From positions 2,852,001 through 2,916,000 of the forward strand of contig CATNEN010000010.1 of the NCBI GenBank assembly GCA_950097015.1: a DNA stretch of 64,000 bases, read 5' to 3'. Shown here piece after piece: positions 22,653 through 34,218 of the stretch (its first letter is position 1; every line of letters begins with the position of its first letter). Below the pieces are notes generated by a model. That model was not told the DNA's origin. It saw nothing but the letters and a program-made list of their open reading frames with translations, and ran no database searches. The stretch is from Macrostomum hystrix (lineage: Eukaryota; Animalia; Platyhelminthes). Position numbers and translations under genes: made by a program.

Positions 22653-23760
22653 TTAGTTAGTGTTCATTGTGACATGAGAGACTTTAGAAAATAATATGAC
22701 CCGCAAGTGTTTATGCTTGCCTGGCTTTACCATGTTAATATGTGCACTGCATAAATGAACATGCAGAACATGAACAATGTCCCTAAACAAGTTAAAATGG
22801 TGGAAAAGAAGAAAAAACAGCATAATGGTTTCCAGCAATGATGTCAACAAATATAGGGGAGTGAAAGAATTTGCTTGTTGGATCAATGATGTGGATATCT
22901 GATTGTGGCTCACAGTAGAATGAAAAATATGAGGGTAAAAAACTGATCTGCATTTCTTAGCTACTAATAGCCACTTGCCTTTAATACAGATGATTTTCCA
23001 AACATAATGAAGTTCAGGATCTCCATCTAGTCCTAGGTTTTTAAAAACTACCATATACTTTGTTAATGTTGGGGCTTTGAATTCTAGTGAAGCAACTTTG
23101 AGGCTGTTTGTCACTATACAATTAGCTGGTAGTCTATCAACATTTATTGTTAAGAAATTGGCTATTGAAGAAATTGTTTCTAAATCAAAAAGATCTTTTA
23201 TACATGCTTGCTTAATGCTTGATGTAGAGCTTGTAGATAAATTAACTGGAGTACATGTTACAATAGCCTTAATGTCTAACTGATGTCTTTTAGCAGCAGT
23301 CAAAGCAACATTCTTAAAACAACGGAGGTTTGGAACAATATGCTTGAAAAATTGGTGCATGGCCTCAAAACGCATAGTCCATGCTACTTTAATGCCATTA
23401 TAAAATGGAATAAGATTTGGGTAATGAAGTAAATAATGAAGCTTACACTTTTTTAACTGACCATTTGATATAAAGAATAATAACTCATTGTGCTGTGTAA
23501 TCAAATGTTTTAGATATGTGGTGTCATGTTCAACACTGGCATTTGATAGCAAAATTGACAAAATTGATTGCAAAGTTCACAATGCAAAATAAGGAGCATC
23601 ATAACATTATCCTTATGTTCATTGTTGATATCATAAATATATGGCCCAAAATACAAAGGCATTCTTAATACTACAACTACGAGTATCATGTCTGCTGCAC
23701 AGAAAGGTAGTCTATTGTTATTTATATGGCTTGGTAAAATTGCTGGCATAGACAAAGAAA
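22653..23760 (-). pseudogene. CACTA-like transposase 2, C-terminal half (homologous to 3130-5465)
   Basis: RLPFCAADMI, LILHCEL and KLHYLLHYPNLI..WTMRFEAMHQFFK are shared with element 1; frameshift near 23540. Confidence 0.8.
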
Positions 23761-23764
23761 TTGC

Positions 23765-24517
23765 TGGCTCATCAGCGGTTGTGGCTGTGACTGTTGCTGT
23801 TCTTCAATCCGCTGTTTCAGCTCTTGAATAACCTGCTTTTGTCTCTCAATCTCGATTTGTTGTTCTCTCATGATGAGATCGAATTTGTCACGCTGGCGAT
23901 CCTCCTCACTCTTAACAGCTCGGACACCGCTTGATTTGTGAGACATATGCCAGGCTGCTTCGATCCTGCGCAACATACGACGAGCTTCTTGGAGGTTGGC
24001 GGGCTGGGCAAAAATCAGCTTTTCACGGGTGTCCGCTGGAATTCTAACTCCCTTGATGAATTGCTCCACTACCTCCTCCTCTCTCTGTTCACCATTCATG
24101 TTCGGAAATGCTCGGGTTGCAAGTTCAATCAAGATGTCGGCAAACGCGTCGGTAGGTTCATTACGACCTTGCATCCGACCTCTGAACTCTTCCCTGAATT
24201 CACTGGAGTTTTCCCAGTCTTCCAAATCTCTCAATTAATCTTTCCTTAAACTCGTCATAAGTGAGTTCTTCCGGTAGGTTCAGTCTTTGGACGGCGGCGA
24301 AAGCAGTTGATAGGTCTAGATTGGCCAGTAGTTCTTGCTTTCGGTGGTCCTCATGAATTCCTTCCGTGTCACACCTTTGGTCGAAAGCTGTCAGCCAGAT
24401 TCTTATGTCTTGGCTGGGTGTGAATTTCTGTATTTTTACATGTCTTAGTGGTTCTAATTCCAATCTGTTCCGAAGTTCTTCGGCTAGTAGACCGATGGCG
24501 TCGTTGATTCCAGCCAT
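23765..24517 (-). pseudogene. Ty3/gypsy-2 gag fragment
   Basis: IQKFTPSQDIRIWLTAFDQRC; FRGRMQGRNEPTDAFADILIELATRAFP..EQFIKGV. PBS TGGTGACAGCGGT (24568-24580, tRNA-Leu-like) follows an LTR end GCTGCTACA at 24584; outer LTR boundary not resolved. Confidence 0.8.
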
Positions 24518-26109
24518 TTTGACTTGTCACCAGTCTGATCGTGCGTTTTACCGGATTTCAATCCTTTACCGCTGTCACCAAGTTGTAGCAGCCGTTCTTG
24601 CTGTGCGGTATTTATTTGCCCTAATTTCTATGTTTTGTAACTTTGGTCTCACGTGAGTAACGTGTTACCTATGGTAGCTGAATGTGCCCGAGCAGTAAGG
24701 CACTCCCTAATATTCTATTTCCAGTCTTCCGGGGCTTTGCGCGGTGGATTGAAGTTGCCCAGTAGCCACGATCAGTAGACTGGAGGGGTGGGAATTCCTT
24801 CTTAATACAGTCGGGAATTGTATATTTATACCTTACTGATCATACATTACGTATGATTTCAATATAGTTATCTGTCTCGAGTAATACACTCTAAACAGTA
24901 AGGCAATACGCCTTAATTATATCAACAATACGTTGATATATCCTAAATAAAGACAATACGTCTTAGCTAAATCAACAATACGTTGATATAACTTATCAAT
25001 TATTTTAGAACTAGTACAGTTCAAATTTGGATCGAACTAATACAGTTCTAATCCTCTTTCAAATAATAAACACGAAGTTATTAATTTCAGAAACACTAGT
25101 TAAAATGGCTTTATACATTGAATATTTTTATCGCCAAAGACAAGGTTATATTTGATGACGTGAAAATCGCTCCTATTTATATAAAAAGATTGGGGTGGCG
25201 GAGAAAATTAAAACAAATGTTATAAGTACAAATTGAAAATAAAACTGCTAATTATTACATAAAGGATAAAAGAAACGTCTAACATACTAATAGAATAAAT
25301 GCATTAATATAATTCATTGACACGTTTTATTTACATCGAAAGATTTGATTTTTTTAAACAAAATAAATTTTTTAAATCCTATCTACATCATATATACAAG
25401 ATAGATAATATATGTAAGCCAAGTAGGTAACTAATTACAAGGAATCATACAAACTGAGAGCAAATTATGAGAGCAACAAATGGAACATGTCCACATAGGC
25501 CTATGTGGCTATGTCTTGAATATGAGCTAGGAATAGGATGATAGAATGAGGTAATATACTATACACAATCAAGCAAATAAGCAAATAATTAATTGTCAAC
25601 AAAGAGGGCCAATAAATAAAGAAAACGATGATCTAAGTGCAAATTAAATGCTTAGCCAGTCGCAGAAAATTCAAATGTTCAAGAGTTTAGCAGGATAAAG
25701 AGCCATGAACTATAACTTAGATCGAGTATTAGCATTAATGTAGAGCTTAAATGTTTTACCACTACAAGGACAGTCCAATTTACTTTGCTTTTAAATCACA
25801 AACGATTTAACAAAGTATTCTACTTGCTGTAAAAAAACTTTTTCCAATGATAAACTTTAATCATTTCTGAACAAGGAAGCAAGTTTTACATACTCACAAG
25901 CAAGATAATAAACAGTAACTATGATATTAAAGACTAAATATAATATATTTTGATTCGGTCTATATAGTTTGTGCAAAATACAACCGGCTACATATTTATA
26001 TAACAACGATTACACTAAAACTATATGGTTCTGTCTGGAATCTGAGCATTCTCTCGCTTCTAAGCGATAAAACTTTCACAAAGCATGACTTTTTTACGAT
26101 TTTAAAACA

Positions 26110-26398
26110 CGTGCGTGTAACTTTACATTCGGCCACTTTTGTCAAAAATACAAAGGGCCACTTTTTCGGCCACTTATTTTTTACAGTGTAAGTCAGAAAA
26201 CAAAACAACACAAGGCCCCACAGAAGTCACATGCCGAGAGTGTGATTAGTCCAACCGCTGTAACTTTACGTGCGTGTAACTTTACATTCGGCCACTTTTG
26301 TCAAAAATACAACGGGCCACTTTTTCGGCCACTTATTTTTTACAGTGTAAGTCAGAAAACAAAACAACACAAGGCCCCACAGAAGTCACATGCCAAGA
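26110..26398. repeat. Direct duplication (period 159 bp) carrying two copies of a CACTG right terminus
   Basis: GGCCACTTATTTTTTACAGTG|TA ends at 26188 and again at 26347, each followed by the same flank. Confidence 0.85.
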
Positions 26399-26482
26399 GT
26401 GGGATTAGTCCATTCGGACCGTCATTTTTGCAGACACTCAACACAGCCGTCATTTTTGTAAAAAAAAGGCTCATTTTGAGTT

Positions 26483-26940
26483 CAGAGCGGATGAAACTTA
26501 TGACGCATGACAAAAACTACCAGTTTCAGTTATCAGAGCGGATGAAACTTATGACGCATGACAAAAAGCACCAGTTTGAGTTATCAGAGCGGATGAAACT
26601 TATGACGCATGACAAAAACTACCAGTTTCAGTTATCAGAGCGGATGAAACTTATGACGCATGACAAAAACTACCAGTTTCAGTTATCAGAGCGGATGAAA
26701 CTTATGACAAAAACCACCAGTTTGAGTTATCAGAGCGGATGAAACTTATGACGCATGACAAAAACCACCAGTTTGAGTTATCAGAGCGGATGAAACTTAT
26801 GACGCATGACAAAAACTACCAGTTTCAGTTATCAGAGCGGATGAAACTTATGACGCATGACAAAAACCACCAGTTTGAGTTATCAGAGCGGATGAAACTT
26901 ATGACGCGTGAAAAAATATACCTGTTTCAGTTATCAGAGC
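26483..26940. repeat. 51-bp tandem repeat, about 9 copies
   Basis: Unit AGAGCGGATGAAACTTATGACGCATGACAAAAACTACCAGTTTCAGTTATC; one unit internally deleted. Confidence 0.95.
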
Positions 26941-27196
26941 CAATGTTTATGACTCAATAGCAATAATCACACGATACTAAAATTGTAGCATGACTAAAGC
27001 TGTCACTCAGTATTATGAAAGCACTGTTATCCGCAATTCTTAACTTTGCCACTGTGTTCGAACTTTTGAACTGATTTTAAAGTTAAACTGATAACTTTAG
27101 GGCTGTAAAACTTAAAAGACTTTGACTAATTAGCTAAAGTAACGCACAAAAAAAACTACTACTGGCAATGTAATGTAATGTCAATGTAAAACAACT

Positions 27197-28110
27197 TCAG
27201 TTCTTCAACAGGTATTGATGTAGACGCTCGTCTCTGGTCAAGCGAAGGCACCTGAGCGCCTCGTTTGTGCCCTGTTGGATAGCGGAATCCGGGTTTGAAT
27301 CAATCATAGTAGAAGCAGCTTCCTCTGTGAACTCTTTGATGGTTTCGTATGTCAGCCACTCCCTTGTAGGTGACTTTTCGAAAAACTGAACATGTACATA
27401 GTGACGACCATTCGGACCAACGCGAGTGGACTTCTTTATTTTCGGGTCGTGGCAGATCGGGTCCAGCCGCACTTGTCGCGCTCTTTGACCAATTTAGCGA
27501 ATTTGCTTTTCAGGTACACTCCAAAGCGCTTCAAGCCTTCAACATACGCCTTCGTACCGTCGGAAGTTAAATTAGATTTTTCAGTTAAGAAGCAAGTAAT
27601 TTTATCACGATATTTCTCGTCGATAATTTCAATAGGTCGCGTGACTCTAATCCACGCCATTACTTTAGCAATTGCCCTGCGTGATGTCTGGGCTGTTGCA
27701 ATGGCCAATTTACCACCACCATATTTGCGAACAAAAGTCTCAAAGTGTTCTAGGTTTGGCTCTGTAACAACAGGCTCTTCTGATTCTTCTGGAGCAGCCG
27801 AAAGTTCCGCCTTTGATCTCCAACTATCCGAGACGTAGGCAGAGGCCTTCTTTTCCTTCATGTCGGCAATATATTGTCCTGCTTCGTCCCGACTCAGTTT
27901 GTGCCTGTTAATCAGATGGCTTAGCATTGAACTACTAATCGGGAGGCTACACTTCGGGCAGCTCTCTGTTTTTTTGACAAACTTTGCGGTCTCAGTCTCT
28001 GATTTGTCTCGTTCATCAGCATCCTCATTATCATCTTCATCACTTTCATGAGAATCTTGAGAATCCTTTGCCGTCTCTTGGGCAGTCAGCGCCGTTATTC
28101 CATTACTCTT
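27197..28110 (-). pseudogene. Acidic region + C2H2 finger + integrase-N/SAM-like region + PWWP-like domain (frameshifted)
   Basis: ESCPKCSLPISSSMLSHLINRH; FETFVRKYGGGK...T.AYVEGLKRFGVYL; after a frameshift ICHDP...YVHVQFFEKSPTREWL..IKEF. Confidence 0.5.
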
Positions 28111-29191
28111 ATTCCATTATAATGGAATACACAAATGTCATACCTTTTCAAATTAAGAAGTTTGCATATTTTTAGCAGATAGAAAATAGCTATAGTGCTT
28201 TTATATTTACAGCCTAAAACTTTATATTTTGTACCAACTATATAAGTTCATTTGATAGAATATCCTGGACATTTTTATCATTAACTTGTTGCTAAACCAC
28301 TATAGTCTACCTAGTCTTTATATATATATATATCTAGTAGAATACATATTTACAAGAAGATAGTAAGAAATCATAGTTCTTTTGCATAGGGCTAAAGTTA
28401 TTATACAAGTATAATATAAGCAATTTGAATCTTTGTAAATATGTAAATAGTAGAATATATATTCAAAATGAAACAAAAAAAGAAAAATAAATAAATGGAC
28501 CTAGTAAGCTATTTTCCTAGACAGAAAAATTCATTTTTTTATTTTGAATTTATTATTTGATTAATTTGAATTAGAATTGAAAAGCTTAAACAAAGCATGC
28601 CATATCATATAATGTTATCCAATATAAAGTATAAAATTGTGAATACTACTCAAAAAGTTCTTAAAATATATTTGATATATTTAGAATAAATAGTTAAGAG
28701 AAATATAAAATAAGACCAAAAAATCATAGATTCTATTTAATATGTTTTCTATTATGAAATTTTTTTACTATTTTTTCTAATCTAGGAAACAAAATAGCAT
28801 TGCCATGATCATTATCAACACTTCATTTATTATCAATATCATTGTTCATAGACACAATAGAATATTGTCTAGTTACAATTACAATATATCTAAACAAAAG
28901 TCCTTTAGTTTAGAGCTACTCAGTCAGAGTTGATCTTATTAGATACTATAATGTGGCAAATATATAATTGTTTAAATCAGCACCACAAAAACCTTAGATT
29001 AATGAATCAATTAGTGATTTAATGGCATAGATTAATGAACCAACAAAACTAGAAATTAAAACCTCAAATTGAAGCCTCACGAAACCTAATCCCACAGCGC
29101 CAGTTACATTGCAGCAATATTGCAGCAATGTTGATATTTTGACTTGCAACATTGACATGTCAACAAAAATCAATATTGCAAATCAACGTTG

Positions 29192-30302
29192 TGTAGTGTC
29201 AGCTTGTTTGCCCTTTTATCTCCCCGTGTTATTATTCAATACTTATTTTTAGACACGTGTACGTATTTTGCTAAGAGTTCACCCACGCCAAGCCGGGCCG
29301 GACCAGCTGGGGGAACGGACGCCCACCACCCCGCGAGCGCTACCCCTGGGCTACGGTCCCGACCAATCAGCGAGCGACCCGGCCTCACTACCTGTCTACC
29401 CTCGGCAAGAAGCGACCCCGGGGCTCAGAACGGCGGTCGCAAGTCTACTGCGATTTGTCGCCTTGGCTCAAGCTACAGCCAGGCATCCACCTCGCCGATC
29501 GACCTAATTTGGGGTTAAAATGACTCTATATAACGAAGCGTGTTTTTGTAGTCCAAATTATCTCTCTTTTCTTCGCAATTCGCCTCACACTGTGAGAAGC
29601 ACGTGCAACTAGTCCACTTGTTTTGTCCCTCCCCGCCCGACCACACTCCGCTTGTTCAGTTAGGTAGCTTTCGGCGCTACGCGTCTTGAGAGTGCGCCGC
29701 TGACAAGGGTGGTCTAGATAGGCGCTTGTTGTCGAAGTCAGTACGTGCTCTCTTCGGAGACTCCGCCGTCAGGCAGAAGGAGTGCCAACCGATAGGATCT
29801 GTCGGGGCAGCGCTGAAAGCAGAGACAACCGGAGCCTCTCGGGAAGAGTAGGGCGCGGATGTAGGCCAGTTAAGTAAAATTGTTATATCCAAATTGTTAG
29901 ATCAGACTTGCTTCTCACTGTGAGCGCGCTATAATTTATTTCCGTGTGAACATCTATTCTGTCAGTATAACTTTTAAGTCAAGTAAACAATATTCAAAGT
30001 AATTTCTATTCGTATCTGAAATCTTAGTCACAGCCAATTAACTCACTCCTAATCAAATTATTCGAGTCTTCGTGTTCATACTGTGTTATTCTTTTTCATT
30101 GGGAGTTTCGCCGGGCCGGAGGACGACACGGGTCTCATCGCTTATCTATTCCACTTCGCTCGCTACCAGTCTCTAACGCTATTTAATTCCAGATTTCCCT
30201 GCTGCTATTGAAACGATTGGTAGGACACCGACCCCGGTGAATAGTGAATAGTCGCTAGCTTTAAATTCCTCACGCTCCAGCTAGGACATTCATTCTATTA
30301 CA
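29192..30302. mobile_element. Solo LTR (1111 bp), gypsy-type
   Basis: TGTAGT...ATTACA flanked by the 4-bp TSD GTTG (29188-29191, 30303-30306); internal TATATAA; no ORF. Confidence 0.8.
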
Positions 30303-30907
30303 GTTGCACAACATTGCTGCATACGTTGACGACGTGGACGTTGCAACATTCAATAATTTTTCCCCTCGGCTTTAATTTACATTGCAGCAACATTGCAATA
30401 TCAACTTTAGTTTAATTAATACTAGTACGTGATTTTAGCCTTATTTTGAAGCTGTTTCTGCCGCATCAGCAACGCAGTACTTTGCACGTTGCAGCTGGGT
30501 TGAAAAAAAGAGGAGACAAGTTAAGATGAGAGCGCGTATGCATGCAGTCATTTTTCCATTACCGACGAGCTGGTATAAAAACGCAAAGTTCTCGTCCTTT
30601 ACCGAGTAGTCAGTTACCGTTATATTTGCTACCGAGAGCCTGACCGGTAGGAAGCGCGAGAGTGTGGGTAGTGAGTGGAAGGATGAGTTGATGAGAGTGG
30701 TGGTTAGAAACGTGAGAGGCTGAGTATGAGTGGGAGAGTGAGTGGTGAGAGTGAATACCGAGCGGTGAGTGGGAGTGGGAAAATGCCGAGTTGTGCATAA
30801 GGGTGGGAGAGTGGGTGAGAGAGGTAGTGGGTGTTATGAGTGAATAGTGAGTGGGAAAGTGGTACACATTTGCTCTTCCTCTTCCTCGACTGGCTTCTCG
30901 GTTCTGG

Positions 30908-33905
30908 CTACTCGCCCTCCACAGCCGGCAGACTCTCTTGCTCGTCATCCGCCGCCGCCGCCGCTGCCAGACTCTCTTGCTCGTCTTGCTCGTCATCAGC
31001 CGCCGCTGCTAGACTCTCTTGGTCGTCATCCGCCGCCGCCGCCTCTGCCAGACTCTCTTGCTCGTCATCCGCCGCCGCTGCTAGACTCTCTTGCTCGTCA
31101 TCCGCCGCCGCTGCTAGACTCTCTTGCTCGTCATCCGCCGCCGCTGCTAGACTCTCTTGCTCGTCATCCGCCGCCGCTGCTAGACTCTCTTGCTCGTCAT
31201 CCGCCGCCGCTGCTAGACTCTCTTGCTCGTCATCCGCCGCCGCCGCCGCTGCCAGACTCTCTTGTTCGTCATCCGCCGCTGCCAGACTCTCTTGTTCGTC
31301 ATCCGCCGCTGCCAGACTCTCTTGTTCGTCATCCGCCGCTGCCAGACTCTCTTGTTCGTCATCCGCCGCTGCCAGACTCTCTTGTTCGTCTTGCTCGTCA
31401 TCCGCCGCCGATACCTGCTGTCGCCGCTGCAGCATTCGCCGCAGTCTAGTCGGAGCATGACGAAGGTGCTCACCAACTGCCTGCTCAACTTCTACCGCCT
31501 TTGCGTGACGGAAGCTGCTCCAAACAACGTCTGAGAAATTGGGATCGAATTAATACAGCAGTGGAATACATTATTTTTATGACAGAGGACACATGCACGC
31601 ATGCATAAAAATGCACTGCTGTATGTATTCTACTTACTCTTAATGAGGGACATGAGTTCGAGGTCACTAAATGAGTTTTTTGCTTTGCCGTTTCGAATGG
31701 CCCCCCGAAGGCTGGTCTCTGCAGCGAGACGGTCGGTCATCAGCTTGTAAATAATGTTGGAAACGAATGCTTGAACAGACTTGCCACCGAGACGCCGAAA
31801 AAAAACGTACTGCAACGAAATTTCGAAGTCAATGAGCATTATCAAAAAGTAACGGACCAACAAAAAATGTGGCTGGATTAAAAGCAAAAACACTGAGCCC
31901 AACTACTTACCACATCTTCCGTGGCGTCCCGCTGCTCGTTAACTGTGGATGCCCACTTACGCAGCGCGTCCCACTCATCAAAGGGAAGTGCATCTAACGC
32001 AGAATTGTTCAATGCAATTTGATGGCCTTGTCTGTTTCCCTTTTGCTGATCTAACCAGTTAATTAGCCTATCCATCTTCGACTCGAGCACCTCCAATCTG
32101 GCAGAGAAGGAAGCACCTAAAAAAGAGGATGCGCCAAAGTGGAAAGCGGACGGCATCAGGATGAGTAAGCAAAAATGCTACTTACTAGCCTGCAAAGCCG
32201 GTGTGCTCCTTCCAGGCTGGGTAGACTCCTGACGCTGAACAGTCGGCGTGCTCCATCCAGGCTGGGTAGACTCCTGACGCTGAGCAGTCGGCGTGCTCCA
32301 TCCAGGCTGGGTAGACTCCTGACGCTGAACAGTCGGCGTGCTCCATCCAGGCTGGGTAGACTCCTGACGCTGAGCAGTCGGCGTGCTCCATCCAGGCTGG
32401 GTAGACTCCTGACGCTGAGCAGTCGGCGTGCTCCATCCAGGCTGGGTAGACTCCTGACGCTGAACAGTCGGCGTGCTCCATCCAGGCTGGGTAGACTCCT
32501 GACGCTGAACAGTCGGCTTGCTCCTTCCAGGCTGGGTAGACACCTGACGCTGAGCAGTCGGCGTGCTCCTTCCAGGCTGGGTAGACTCTTGACGCTGAGC
32601 AGTCGGCTTGCTCCTTCCAGGCTGGGTAGACTCCTGACGCTGAACAGTCGGCGTGCTCCTTCCGGGCAGGGTAGACACCTGACGCTGAGCAGTCGGCGTG
32701 CTCCTTCCAGGCTGGGTAGACTCCTGACACTGAGCAGTCGGCGTGCTCCTTCCAGGCTGGGTAGACTCCTGACGCTGAGCAGTCGGCGTGCTCCATCCAG
32801 GCTGGGTAGACTCCTGACGCTGAGCAGTCGGCGTGCTCCATCCAGGCTGGGTAGACTCCTGACGCTGAACAGTCGGCTTGCTCCTTCCAGGCTGGGTAGA
32901 CACCTGACGCTGAGCAGTCGGCGTGCTCCTTCCAGGCTGGGTAGACTCTTGACGCTGAGCAGTCGGCTTGCTCCTTCCAGGCTGGGTAGACACCTGACGC
33001 TGAGCAGTCGGCGTGCTCCTTCCAGGCTGGGTAGACTCTTGACGCTGAGCAGTCGGCTTGCTCCTTCCAGGCTGGGTAGACTCCTGACGCTGAGCAGTCG
33101 GCGTGTTCCTTCCGGGCAGGGTAGACTCCTGACGCTGAGCAGTCGGCGTGCTCCATCCAGGCTGGGTAGACTCCTGACGCTGAGCAGTCGGCGTGCTCCA
33201 TCCAGGCTGGGTAGACTCCTGACGCTGAGCAGTCGGCGTGCTCCTTCCAGGCAGGGTAGACTCCTGACGCTGAGCAGTCGGCGTGCTCCTTCCAGGCTGG
33301 GTAGACTCCTGACGCTGAGCAGTCGGCGTGCTCCATCCAGGCTGGGTAGACTCCTGACGCTGAGCAGTCGGCGTGCTCCATCCAGGCTGGGTAGACACCT
33401 GACGCTGAGCAGTCGGCGTGCTCCTTCCAGGCTGGGTAGACTCCTGACGCTGAACAGTCGGCGTGCTCCTTCCAGGCTGGGTAGTGCCGTCCAGGTCTTC
33501 GTGGGTACTACTTGCATCACGAAGCACACTCAGCGGGGGCCGACAATTTCTTGGTGCGTCACTGTCCGTGGAATCTATTTTTTCACTCTGGAGATAACGC
33601 CGACGCAGGTTCGCTGCAGAACACCAAGTATCTGAAATTTTCAAAGCAATGATAAAGCTGTATTAATTAGGAATGAATTTAAAGCGCACTATTATGATAA
33701 TAGAGCACTCACCTCGGGAAGAAATTATTTCAACCTCGTGCTGAGTCCACGACTCTTGCCGCTGTTTCTTCTTTGCGATGGCTCGATGGTAATCTTTGGA
33801 AGGCCACCAAACGTACCTGTTGCTATCACACAACCAGGTATTGCATACCAGTTCAATAGTGTCATCTAACAGAAAGCGGACAAGGACATAGTCCTTAAGC
33901 TTCAT
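30908..33905 (-). CDS. Spliced DUF4806-like accessory gene of element A (multi-exon; integrity uncertain)
   Basis: Exon 1 MKLKDYVLVRFLLDDTIELVCNTWL..WWP ends at a GTGAGT donor (33712); acceptor at 33632; repeat exon; LPFDEWDALRKW; GGKSV..VSNIIYKLM..SLRGA ends at a GTAAGT donor; last exon VVWSSF..VGEHLRHAP plus acidic repeats. Confidence 0.65.
30930..31410. repeat. Variable 27-36-bp tandem repeat encoding an acidic tail (DDEQESLAAA)n
   Basis: Units differ only by numbers of GCG triplets, so the frame is preserved. Confidence 0.9.
32197..33485. repeat. 45-bp minisatellite, about 28-29 copies, encoding (STQPGWSTPTAQRQE)n
   Basis: Unit CGGCGTGCTCCATCCAGGCTGGGTAGACTCCTGACGCTGAGCAGT; contiguous, no spacers. 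Confidence 0.97.
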
Positions 33906-34218
33906 ACTGCAGCTGGCACTCTCCAGAGTCTGCAAGTGACAGTGCTAATTTTGTTAATAGTCACTGAACTGAGTGAGAAACGAATATGCAAACTAACATA
34001 TATACAAACTTAGTACTAGGAATCTATAGGAAATACATATAGCAATGTAACACATAGCTGCAACGACATAGCGTTAACGCACCGTAAAATGCTAATTTTA
34101 ATGATGCTACAATAAACTACGAGTACATACACTGTAGATTAATTTGAAGCAGGGCTATTTCTAAGCTGCCTGGTGCAGTTGATTCACCAGCTACTCGTAA
34201 TTCACCTTTCCTGCGCCC

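Noticed and set aside
21116-26188. A single intact CACTA element bounded by these two TIRs
   Set aside because: Flanking dinucleotides differ (TG versus TA), the transposase 5' half is missing and Ty3 gag intervenes; more likely ends of two copies.
26242-26960. ORFs with SERMKLMTHDKNYQFQL repeats as genes
   Set aside because: Translation of a 51-bp satellite with a frame-breaking unit and no recognisable domain.
32197-33485. 45-bp (and the 39-, 51- and 69-bp) arrays as CRISPR arrays
   Set aside because: Units are contiguous with no unique spacers, there are no cas genes, and the context is eukaryotic.
32156-33635. Alternative-frame and antisense ORFs over the 45-bp array
   Set aside because: They are by-products of a stop-poor repeat; only the frame joined by splice sites to flanking exons is supported.
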